From positions 1-16,146 of the forward strand of contig CAZOFO010000012.1 in the NCBI GenBank assembly GCA_964579265.1: 16,146 nt of DNA, written 5' to 3'. This DNA is from Candidatus Micrarchaeota archaeon. Its GTDB lineage: Archaea > B1Sed10-29. The notes beneath the pieces are model-generated. The model was not told the DNA's origin. It searched no databases and saw nothing but the letters and a program-made list of their open reading frames with translations. Of this stretch, positions 7,799 to 15,342 are shown piece after piece (within the stretch, counting starts at the first letter, position 1; every line of letters starts with the position of its first letter). Made by a program: the position numbers and the translations under genes.

Positions 7799-10138
7799 TC
7801 ACATCCATTCTTCAAGTTCTGATTGTTTTCCTTCATATTTTAGATCGTTTTTCTTTACTCCTAGTTCTTTTAAGACTCTCATTGCTGCTGGTATTACTTG
7901 GTTGTCTATGTAGTAGTTGGAATCGTATTTTTTTCCTTCAAATAGTCCTATTGGCTGTGATCTTTCCGATATGGATCCTCTTCCTTCTTCGACTATGTAT
8001 CCTATTACTGTTCCTCCTTTCACATTTTTTCCATTTTCCTCTAGTTTCCTTGCTGCTGTCACGTGTGGCCCTATTGATTCGTAGTTGTCTATATTTTTCT
8101 TCATGGTCGTGTATATTATTAGTTTTTCCGGATCTATTTCTTTGTTTTTTAGTTTTTGAACTATTTTTTCCACGTGTTCTACGGCTTTTTCCGGTTTTCC
8201 TTCTTTTAGTACTTTTTCTATGACTTTTTCTTGTGTTTCTTTAGCTATTTTTGCCCAGTCGCTTCTTACTAATGCGAATCCCTTTACTTCTAATTCTTCG
8301 TCTTCTCTTAGAAGTGCATATTTCTTTTTTGCAGCTTTTCCGCTTTTTTTAGATACGAAGACTCCTCTTGGGTAGTATCCTTCATATTCTAGCTTCATTG
8401 CTCCAGGTAAGTCATTGTTTATTTCTTTTAACCATTTTTTTAAGTCTTTTTTAGTTTGTTTATTTTTTAATTTTAAAAATATGCTATCAGTATCGCTGTA
8501 TGTAACATTTAAGTTTTTTCCTTCTGCTTTTTCTATTGTCTGTTTTATGTACTGTCTTCCCCATGAAGTTATGGCTTCTGCACATTCTCTTGAATACCAT
8601 CTGGCTCTTGGGTATCCTAGATATCCGAATACGGAGTTTGCTATTATTTTCAGTGCTTGTGATCTGTATTCTAGTCTTTTTTTCTCTTCTTTATCATCTG
8701 TTTTTTTCATTTTTTCTTTGACTTTGTCTCTGGTCTCTATCAGGTTCTCAACTACTTGTGGTACTAGTGAATCTCCTTTTTTATGAAATTTCTGTCCTGT
8801 GGGTGCTTTGTAGTGTTCTTTTTTGCATTTCTCGTCTTTGCATAGAGATAGTGGTCCTATGTTTTTAGATACTATTATTGTTGGGTAGAGTGATTTGAAG
8901 TCGCATACCACGAGGTCTTCGTGTAGTCCTGTTTCGGGTGTTTTGACGTATCCTCCTTCTATCGGGTTTCTCTGTCTTTCTCCTATTTTTTCTTTTCTAG
9001 GTCTTCTCGGTATCAGTATGTCTTTTTTGTGTGCTTCTCTTCCGAGGAGCCATTCCACCATGTTCGAGGCGCTCTGTCTAGACACGTCGTATGGTGGTAA
9101 TCCTATTAGTCTGGTTAGTTCTTTGTATAGGGGTAGTACTTGTTCTCCTACTTTGTAGGCGGCTATTGAGTCTTCTAGATTGTATTTTTTGAGTTTTTCA
9201 AGTTTTTCTCCTCCTTCTTCCCAGTATTCTTTTATTTGTTGGGAGGTTAGGTTGGTTTTTTCTTTTCCTGTAAATTCTTTGTATACTGTTTCTAAAGAGT
9301 TTTTAGGTAGATTTAGCGATCCTATTCCGGATAGAAAGTCTACTGCTTTGTATGCGTCGAGATGCATTCTCCCGAACATCTTTGCGCTCGATGCAAATCC
9401 TCTTTTCCTTATTTTTACATTTGTACCGTCGGTTCCTAAGTCTAATTCTAGATTATTTTCTTCTGCTCTTTTTTCTAGGTAGGGCCAGTCGAATCTTGTT
9501 CCGTTGTATGTTTCTATTACGTCTTTGTCTTTTTCTTTTATCTTTTCTATCAGTGATTCTATAATCTCTTTTTCACTCTTTTCTTCTTCGGTCCAGTAGA
9601 ATACTTCTTCCTCTTCTTCGTCTTTGTAGGATATCATTGTTACTGGGTCTTCTTTTGAATCTGGTTTTCCTTCTGAGTGTACCTCTATGTCAAAAGCACA
9701 TTTTCCTAGTTTTGGTACTTTTTTCTCTCCAATATCCTTATACTCTATAATGTTTTTTCCTTTTGTTTCTAGTTCGTAGTACGTTAATGGATAGATTTCT
9801 TTGTCTATCAAGTATCTATATCTGTACGGGATGTTGTACTCTCTTGGTTCTCCTATTCCTTCATCTTCTATATGTTCTTTTACTTTTTTTGTTTCTCCAG
9901 GTTCTTTTAAAATTATTTTTAAGGTTTTACCTTGTTTTTTCTTTTCTTCTTTTATCTCTTCGACTTCTTCTATTTTTTCAAGTTCTTTCTTTGCTTCTTT
10001 TGTGTTTTCTGGCAGTAAGTAGAAGTAGTGGTGGAATTTTTGTTTTTTTATTTCTTTTTCTTCTTTGTTTATCAGCTGTATTTTTAATTCGTTCTTTTTT
10101 TCCTTGTTTTTTTTGATGTCGAATATATAGCTTTTCAT
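7799..10138 (-). CDS. polB: Family B DNA polymerase (archaeal PolB3-like) with 3'-5' exonuclease, no intein
   Basis: ExoI FDIEV, ExoII YNGTRFDWPYL, ExoIII YNLEDS; polymerase motifs DFKSLYPTII, KIIANSVFGYLG, YSDTDS, KKKYAL and VRSDW. Confidence 0.97.
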   Translation of the reverse strand: MKSYIFDIKKNKEKKNELKIQLINKEEKEIKKQKFHHYFYLLPENTKEAKKELEKIEEVEEIKEEKKKQGKTLKIILKEPGETKKVKEHIEDEGIGEPREYNIPYRYRYLIDKEIYPLTYYELETKGKNIIEYKDIGEKKVPKLGKCAFDIEVHSEGKPDSKEDPVTMISYKDEEEEEVFYWTEEEKSEKEIIESLIEKIKEKDKDVIETYNGTRFDWPYLEKRAEENNLELDLGTDGTNVKIRKRGFASSAKMFGRMHLDAYKAVDFLSGIGSLNLPKNSLETVYKEFTGKEKTNLTSQQIKEYWEEGGEKLEKLKKYNLEDSIAAYKVGEQVLPLYKELTRLIGLPPYDVSRQSASNMVEWLLGREAHKKDILIPRRPRKEKIGERQRNPIEGGYVKTPETGLHEDLVVCDFKSLYPTIIVSKNIGPLSLCKDEKCKKEHYKAPTGQKFHKKGDSLVPQVVENLIETRDKVKEKMKKTDDKEEKKRLEYRSQALKIIANSVFGYLGYPRARWYSRECAEAITSWGRQYIKQTIEKAEGKNLNVTYSDTDSIFLKLKNKQTKKDLKKWLKEINNDLPGAMKLEYEGYYPRGVFVSKKSGKAAKKKYALLREDEELEVKGFALVRSDWAKIAKETQEKVIEKVLKEGKPEKAVEHVEKIVQKLKNKEIDPEKLIIYTTMKKNIDNYESIGPHVTAARKLEENGKNVKGGTVIGYIVEEGRGSISERSQPIGLFEGKKYDSNYYIDNQVIPAAMRVLKELGVKKNDLKYEGKQSELEEWM

Positions 10139-10342
10139 GTAATCTTTTTTTATTTTTTTGTTTGTATATCTTTTTGGTCTTGCTTGACCATTAGTTTTTA
10201 ATAAATAAAAGACCTTAAATCATTTAAGAGTTTGTATTACGGTATTGTTTATGTTTTCACCGTGTTTTATGGAGAATGATAAGAAATTAAAAAAGTGATT
10301 TGGGAGGATTGAAGGTTTTTATAGAACTATCAAGTGATTTGT

Positions 10343-10804
10343 ATGGCTAGGAGAGATGAAGAAGATTCAGGGTCCGCTAGGAGACTTAGAGCTCTTGATT
10401 CTAAGATGAGCGTAATAGCTCAGCGTATGAAGACTATTGAGAAGAATGAAAAAATCCTAGCTAAGACTGTTACTAGAAATAATAAGAGAATAAAGGAAGT
10501 AAGGAAAGATTTGGATAAATTAAAGGAGAATGGTGTTTCTAAGAAAAGTGAAGAAGATGTAGAGATTTCTGGTGAAATTGAAGATACTGTGGAAGGTTTA
10601 AAGGAAGATATTGATTCTCTTAGAAATTCTATAGAGAGTAATAAGGATTCTTTGAAAGGTATAGAGGATAAACTGGATGAGATGAACTACGTTTTAAATA
10701 CTTTAAATCCTCTGGAGTATTTGACTTCTAAAGAGATTGTTGATTTGGTTGATAAGAAGATAGATGAGAAATTAGAGGGTGAAGAAGAGAAGGAAGAAGA
10801 TTGA
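10343..10804 (+). CDS. Hypothetical coiled-coil protein
   Basis: Heptad-like K/E/L/I periodicity through most of the chain, ending in YVLNTLNPLEYLTSKEIVDLV. ATG 10343 follows a GTGAT SD (ORF track starts at GTG 10334). Confidence 0.85.
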   Translation: MARRDEEDSGSARRLRALDSKMSVIAQRMKTIEKNEKILAKTVTRNNKRIKEVRKDLDKLKENGVSKKSEEDVEISGEIEDTVEGLKEDIDSLRNSIESNKDSLKGIEDKLDEMNYVLNTLNPLEYLTSKEIVDLVDKKIDEKLEGEEEKEED

Positions 10805-10808
10805 TGTT

Positions 10809-12305
10809 CTAGCTCGTTAGGTAAGGTCTTAGTTTTACTCTGTATGGTTTTCTTTCTTTTGGTTGGATAGCTGTTTCTTTTCTACCTGTGAATTCTTGTA
10901 TCATTGATGCTTTTTCTTTTAATGGTGGGTAGATATTTACTTCTTTTTCCGTACCTATCGCGTATCCTATTCCGTAGGCGTCTGCATCGGTTAGTACTTC
11001 AAGTGTCTTTTCTTGTAGTCTCTGGTTTGGGTTTTTCGGTACGTGTATCTCTCCTTTTGGCATTATTACCATGGCTCTTAGTCTTTTTGTGAATCCTTCT
11101 TGTTTGTTTTCTTCGTATAGTGTTTTTAGGAATGAGTAGGTGAAGGCTCTTTTCATTTCTGGAGGTAGCATGGAGGTATCTATTCTTATTACTGTACCCA
11201 TTGACTGTAGGTATGCGGATACTAGTGATTTTAGATCCATCTTTCCGTCTATGAAATCTGGATATACTTGGTTAATTACTTTTGTCCATCTTATTCCTCT
11301 GTATCTGTGGAATTTTTCAACTTCTTCTTTTCTTTCTTTTATATCCATTAAGTGTTTTTCCACGTCTTTGAGTGATCTGAGTTCTTTTTTGTTTATTATC
11401 CTGTCCATTATTTCTCCAGTTGTTTTACCTGGGTATTCTTCTTGTTTTTCTCCTTTTGGTAGGTTTATTATTTCTCTGAAGGATTTGCTGTCCATGTGAT
11501 TTAGATTTACTTGTATTTCCCCTGGTTCTAGGTTTCTTACTGGCATTCCTATTGGTTGTAAGTTAGGGTAGGCTTGGTGTGGGAATTCCATGTTAGGGGA
11601 GGATAAGTCGTTGTATTTGTTTGAATCATCGAATATAACTCCGTTTACTCCTGATAATACGCAGTTTTCTAGTAGTATATGTATTGCTTTTTTTCTTCTT
11701 TCTTCTTTTCCTATTATCACTGTTGATTTGAAGTTGTTTATGTTTTCTTCTGCTTTTCTTCCGTCCAGTTTTTTACCTATGAGTATTTGTTGTCCTGTGC
11801 TTTCTACTTCTTCTTTAGTTGTCTTTGGTTGTAGTAGAGAGTTTATTAGGTTAGGTTTGCTGAATAATAGTTCTTCTTCTTCCTCTCCTGCGTTTTTTAG
11901 TTCTGTTAGATCCACTTCGTGTGCTTTACTTAGTTCGTATAGTTTTTTGTCTTTTTCTTTTAATTCGTAGAACATCTCTTCTACTTTTGCGTCTATTTCT
12001 TTTGTTTTGGGTTCCACGTAGTTTGGACCTGTTGATATGGTGAAGAATCTTCCTTTTTTTGTTGGTTGGTTCTTCTCTATTAGGGTGGAGTATCCACCTA
12101 ATTCAGTATTCATTCTAGATACGTTTCCTGCTGCTGCATAGTACTTATTCAGAAATAGGACGAAACCCTGTAACTCTCCGTCTTCTCGATCCTCCACTGC
12201 AGTTATTGTATAGAGATCCGGGTTCTTGAATAGGAAAATCTTATTTTTCGTCCATTCTCCTTTGAATATTTCTTTCCATGGTCCTCTTGGGAAATCTATT
12301 TCCAT
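10809..12305 (-). CDS. HerA/VirB4/FtsK-fold (DUF87-like) protein with degenerate ATPase motifs
   Basis: HerA-like scaffold in the expected order (ILIGKKLDG...STVIIG...ILLENCV..GV.GVIFD...Y.DL..PN; later AMVIMPKGEIHVP and YGIGYAIGTE), but no intact Walker A or B. The CDS is certain; the family call is by eye. Confidence 0.7.
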   Translation of the reverse strand: MEIDFPRGPWKEIFKGEWTKNKIFLFKNPDLYTITAVEDREDGELQGFVLFLNKYYAAAGNVSRMNTELGGYSTLIEKNQPTKKGRFFTISTGPNYVEPKTKEIDAKVEEMFYELKEKDKKLYELSKAHEVDLTELKNAGEEEEELLFSKPNLINSLLQPKTTKEEVESTGQQILIGKKLDGRKAEENINNFKSTVIIGKEERRKKAIHILLENCVLSGVNGVIFDDSNKYNDLSSPNMEFPHQAYPNLQPIGMPVRNLEPGEIQVNLNHMDSKSFREIINLPKGEKQEEYPGKTTGEIMDRIINKKELRSLKDVEKHLMDIKERKEEVEKFHRYRGIRWTKVINQVYPDFIDGKMDLKSLVSAYLQSMGTVIRIDTSMLPPEMKRAFTYSFLKTLYEENKQEGFTKRLRAMVIMPKGEIHVPKNPNQRLQEKTLEVLTDADAYGIGYAIGTEKEVNIYPPLKEKASMIQEFTGRKETAIQPKERKPYRVKLRPYLTS

Positions 12306-12372
12306 TTTAATCTCTTTTATTTTTTTATGTTTTTGAATTGTTCGATATCCTAGTATTAATAATATCAGTTAC

Positions 12373-12400
12373 ATTAATAAAGGTAAACTAATTTATTAAT
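12373..12400. promoter_or_regulatory. Back-to-back TATA-like boxes for the divergent genes starting at 12305 (-) and 12451 (+)
   Basis: ATTAATAAA-N10-TTTATTAAT places TTTATTAA on each strand, pointing toward each divergent gene. Confidence 0.5.
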
Positions 12401-12450
12401 ATTGGTGTTATTCAATCGAATACACTATCTTAGATTTATAGGTGTTATAA

Positions 12451-13113
12451 GTGCCTGAGGATAATACAGAGAACATTAGACAGATAGTTGAATCTATGAG
12501 AAAAACAGGTGCTTCTGAAGAAGAGATAAAGAAGAACTTGGAGCAGCTAGGTTTAGATCATGAAAAAATAGAATCAATACTCCGTGGTATAGGGGATGAA
12601 GGAGATAAGTCCGAAGATAAGTCTCTGAGAGAGATGGAGGAAGAGAAGACCGAAGAAAAAGGAAAGGATAAAGAGAAAGTGGAGAAGTCGGGGGGTGAAG
12701 GTTCTCAAATTGAGGAATCCTCTGAGGATGAAGGTTCTCAGGATAAAGAATCTGAAGAGGGTGAGCTTGAAGAAAGAGTTGAAGATATTTCAAAAGGCTT
12801 TGAACCTATAACAGATAAGATGAAAGATATAGATCGTAGTGAGTCTAGTAGGGAAGAAACTAAAGATTCTAGTGAATCTGATCTTAAGGATAAAGGTAGA
12901 TCCTCTGAACAGTCTGGAACTGATAAAAGTCCTGGTGAGGATAGTAAGTCTTCTGTGGTTAGTTCTGGGGAAGTTAGTAACCAGGAAATTTATGATGAGA
13001 TCCGTGAAACTAAGAATAGGTTATCTGCTTTGATGGATATACAGGAAGATGTTCTTAGCACTAATAAAAATATTTTAGTAGAATTAAGAGAAAATGAGAA
13101 GAAAGATAAATAG
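12451..13113 (+). CDS. Hypothetical acidic protein: small N-terminal helical domain, S/E/D/K-rich disordered linker, C-terminal coiled coil
   Basis: GTG start 6 nt after AGGTG. N-terminus IRQIVESMRKTGASEEEIKKNLEQLGL; C-terminus IYDEIRETKNRLSALMDIQEDVLSTNKNILVEL. Confidence 0.88.
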   Translation: MPEDNTENIRQIVESMRKTGASEEEIKKNLEQLGLDHEKIESILRGIGDEGDKSEDKSLREMEEEKTEEKGKDKEKVEKSGGEGSQIEESSEDEGSQDKESEEGELEERVEDISKGFEPITDKMKDIDRSESSREETKDSSESDLKDKGRSSEQSGTDKSPGEDSKSSVVSSGEVSNQEIYDEIRETKNRLSALMDIQEDVLSTNKNILVELRENEKKDK

Positions 13114-13123
13114 TTTAGGGTTT

Positions 13124-13360
13124 TTAATCTTCCTTTTCTTCTTGTTTTTTCAGAGTAATTGGTAGTCCTTTGAAGACTCTGTCTATTATTGATTGTTCTG
13201 TTGATATTTTACCTGTATCTGCTTCTTTGTAGATTTTCATTTTTTCTGGTATTTCACCGTGTTGTAGTGGCATTTCTGAGGCTGGGTTTGGTAGTACTGG
13301 GTGTTCTTTCATTTTTTTCTCTTTTGGTGGTTTTCCCTGTATCAGTATGTGTTTTGCCAT
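13124..13360 (-). CDS. Hypothetical 78-aa soluble protein, possible TM-less member of paralog set A
   Basis: Strong SD AAGGTGA. Contains HPVL...IPEKMKIY, resembling the motif of the three upstream genes. Confidence 0.75.
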   Translation of the reverse strand: MAKHILIQGKPPKEKKMKEHPVLPNPASEMPLQHGEIPEKMKIYKEADTGKISTEQSIIDRVFKGLPITLKKQEEKED

Positions 13361-13372
13361 TTTTTCACCTTT

Positions 13373-13720
13373 TTAATCATTCATTTTCTTTTTTATGTAT
13401 TTTTGTAGGGGTGAAGTGAATCCCTGTGCTGCTTTTGCATAGGTAGGAGTGCTTGGATCTTCGTCCGGTGATACTTCCATTACTATTTCGCTTGGTATTT
13501 GGTAATCTGGTTTCCTGGTTGTTTCTATCTCTATTGGGTCCATTGTATTTGGGTTTGAATCTGGACTTGGGCCTGATTTTTTCTCTATTGATCTCTTAAT
13601 TCCGGTTACTATTATTGAGATTGTGGCTATTCCCCAGATTATCTTTGCCAGTGCTATGTATCCTCCTAGGTGGAGGAATCCTCCTATAGCGATTGTTAAT
13701 ACTATGTTTCCTATTTTCAT
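13373..13720 (-). CDS. Hypothetical small membrane-anchored protein (paralog set A)
   Basis: Hydrophobic N-terminal ~40 aa, polar linker, then DPIEIE...IPSEIVMEVSP. SD AGGGGAT; 9 nt from the upstream stop. Confidence 0.85.
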   Translation of the reverse strand: MKIGNIVLTIAIGGFLHLGGYIALAKIIWGIATISIIVTGIKRSIEKKSGPSPDSNPNTMDPIEIETTRKPDYQIPSEIVMEVSPDEDPSTPTYAKAAQGFTSPLQKYIKKKMND

Positions 13721-13729
13721 TTTATCCCC

Positions 13730-14077
13730 TTATTTTATGAGTTTTTTAATTCCTTTTGTTGTTATTTTCGCCATGTTCCCTACTGATTTTACCATGTGTG
13801 CTGTTGTTAGTTTTTCTTCTTTGCCTTCTGGGTATACTTCTATTTCTCCGTCTTCTGGATAGAGGTTTGGTGGGTCTCCAGCGTCTTCGTACACCACAGG
13901 GTGAAGTATTTTCTGTTCTGAGCTGTTTTCTTGTTTTGTTTTTGTTTTTCTTTTACTTTTTCCTGTGTATGTCATTAGTACTAGGGATCCGGCTATTAGT
14001 AGAGCTATTTCTGTTATCCCGATGTATATTCCTGCTATTATCGTGATTAGTGCTGCTCCTATTGTTTTAGCTTTCAT
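13730..14077 (-). CDS. Hypothetical small membrane-anchored protein (paralog set A)
   Basis: ATG 14077 after an AGGTGAT SD, overlapping the upstream gene. Hydrophobic N-terminus, HPVVYE...YPEDGEIEVYP, amphipathic C-terminus. Confidence 0.85.
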   Translation of the reverse strand: MKAKTIGAALITIIAGIYIGITEIALLIAGSLVLMTYTGKSKRKTKTKQENSSEQKILHPVVYEDAGDPPNLYPEDGEIEVYPEGKEEKLTTAHMVKSVGNMAKITTKGIKKLIK

Positions 14078-14411
14078 CTTTATCACCTGTTGCTATGTTC
14101 CCTATTATTTTTCCGATGTTTTCGAGTGAGTCTCCTAGTTCGTCTTTCATTCCTGTTTTTGCTGGACTCATGTCTATTTCCATTTCTTCTGGGTAGATGG
14201 ATTCTATGTCTTCGTCCCATTTTCTCTTTACTTTTATCGGTTGTACTTTTACATCGGAGCTGTTCGGGTTGCTTGAACCACTTGTTCTTTGTTTTTTATC
14301 AGCGTAATGAGTTGCTATGGTAGCTATACCTGTTATTATTGCTATTTTTATCATTCCTAGATATGCTAGGCCTAGGGCTATTAGTATTAGTAGAGTAGCT
14401 TGTTTATTCAT
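14067..14411 (-). CDS. Hypothetical small membrane-anchored protein (paralog set A)
   Basis: ATG 14411 after an AAGGTGG SD, overlapping the RHH gene by 8 nt. Hydrophobic N-terminus, QPIKVK...YPEEMEIDMSP, amphipathic C-terminus. Confidence 0.85.
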   Translation of the reverse strand: MNKQATLLILIALGLAYLGMIKIAIITGIATIATHYADKKQRTSGSSNPNSSDVKVQPIKVKRKWDEDIESIYPEEMEIDMSPAKTGMKDELGDSLENIGKIIGNIATGDKDES

Positions 14412-14580
14412 TTTTACCACCTTCTCTTTGTTTTTTCATGGTGGTTTTTGCTGGTTTTTGAATTAGTCTTCTTACTGCGTCTCTCATTGCTTCCGATCTG
14501 TTTGGGTATGTTCCGTTCTCTACTTCTTCATCTAGTTCTTCTTTTAATTTTTCGGTTAGTCGGACTTGTATTGGATCCAT
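14404..14580 (-). CDS. Ribbon-helix-helix (CopG/Arc/MetJ) transcription regulator, 58 aa, absent from the ORF track
   Basis: Manual translation: MDPIQVRLTEKLKEELDEEVENGTYPNRSEAMRDAVRRLIQKPAKTTMKKQREGGKNE*. Shows the beta-strand IQVRL, helix A, and G.YPNRSEA.RDAVR.L helix B. SD AAGGTGG lies just upstream. Confidence 0.92.
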   Translation of the reverse strand: MDPIQVRLTEKLKEELDEEVENGTYPNRSEAMRDAVRRLIQKPAKTTMKKQREGGKNE

Positions 14581-14603
14581 TTTTCCACCTTTCCCTCTTA
14601 GAT

Positions 14604-14629
14604 GTGTAACTACTTCTTTGTAGTTACAC
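14604..14629. promoter_or_regulatory. Perfect 10-6-10 inverted repeat, putative operator of the RHH regulator
   Basis: GTGTAACTAC-ttcttt-GTAGTTACAC, located between the TATA box (14657-14664) and the RHH start codon (14580). Confidence 0.7.
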
Positions 14630-14656
14630 TACTAATGTGTTTTGTGTGCACTACTC

Positions 14657-14664
14657 TTTATAAA
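14657..14664 (-). promoter_or_regulatory. TATA box for the RHH-headed operon
   Basis: TTTATAAA in the 128-nt intergenic gap, with A-rich sequence upstream on the minus strand. Confidence 0.6.
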
Positions 14665-14708
14665 AGTAACGTTTTTGCAACGAGTTTTTATTTATTATTA
14701 GGATTAGA

Positions 14709-14999
14709 TTAGTATTCGTCCAGCATATCCAGCATTTCTGCTGAGTAGTAGTCTTCTTCTCCTTCTCTGTATTTTCCTATTAGTATTACTGCTGCTGCTA
14801 GGAAGAGCACTATGAACCAGTATTCCTGCATTTGAAGTAATTCTATTACTGCTATACCTCCTAGTGATACTATGAATGCTAATATGTTTTTTGTGAATAG
14901 TAGTAATAGTATTAGTCCTCCTATTGCTAGCCATAGGATTCCTTGTACGTATGCTATGAATACTAGGAGTAGCATCATTACGCTTGCGAATTCATCCAT
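14709..14999 (-). CDS. Hypothetical small multi-pass membrane protein with acidic C-terminal tail
   Basis: SD AAGGTAG. About 70 aa almost wholly hydrophobic, then EGEEDYYSAEMLDMLDEY. Confidence 0.85.
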   Translation of the reverse strand: MDEFASVMMLLLVFIAYVQGILWLAIGGLILLLLFTKNILAFIVSLGGIAVIELLQMQEYWFIVLFLAAAVILIGKYREGEEDYYSAEMLDMLDEY

Positions 15000-15022
15000 T
15001 TTTATCTACCTTTGTTTGGTTT

Positions 15023-15265
15023 TTAGTCTCCCATTGCTTCTCCTATTCCTGCGAAGATTGGGTACCCGAAGAATAGTATTATGCCTATTATAAGTAGTTC
15101 GTAGTGTCTGAAGAAGGTTAGGTAGGCTATTACTGTTGCTACTATTATTGCTAGTAGCATATTATCGAATACATCTGCGCTCCATTTTGCTAGGAATAGG
15201 AACGCTATTATGGTTAATGCGAGTCTCAGGTCGCCCCACATATTGGCTGTGATCCAGGTTACCAT
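15023..15265 (-). CDS. Hypothetical small membrane protein (paralog set B)
   Basis: 80 aa with about three hydrophobic segments and core WSADVFDNMLLAIIVATVIAYLTFFRH. SD AAGGAT. Confidence 0.85.
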   Translation of the reverse strand: MVTWITANMWGDLRLALTIIAFLFLAKWSADVFDNMLLAIIVATVIAYLTFFRHYELLIIGIILFFGYPIFAGIGEAMGD

Positions 15266-15342
15266 TTTTATCCTTTTTTGAATTGTTTTTTATTTTGTTC
15301 TTCTTCGTATATATTTTTTACATTTTTTAGAATTCGGATTTA

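Noticed and set aside
7799..10138. Intein or split gene in polB
   Set aside because: Motifs A, B and C are contiguous and the 779-aa length is normal for an intein-free enzyme.
14603..14630. The 10-6-10 inverted repeat as a XerA/dif site
   Set aside because: The geometry resembles 11-6-11, but the arms lack the inner TAA/TTA typical of dif sites. Its position between a TATA box and an RHH start codon fits an operator better.
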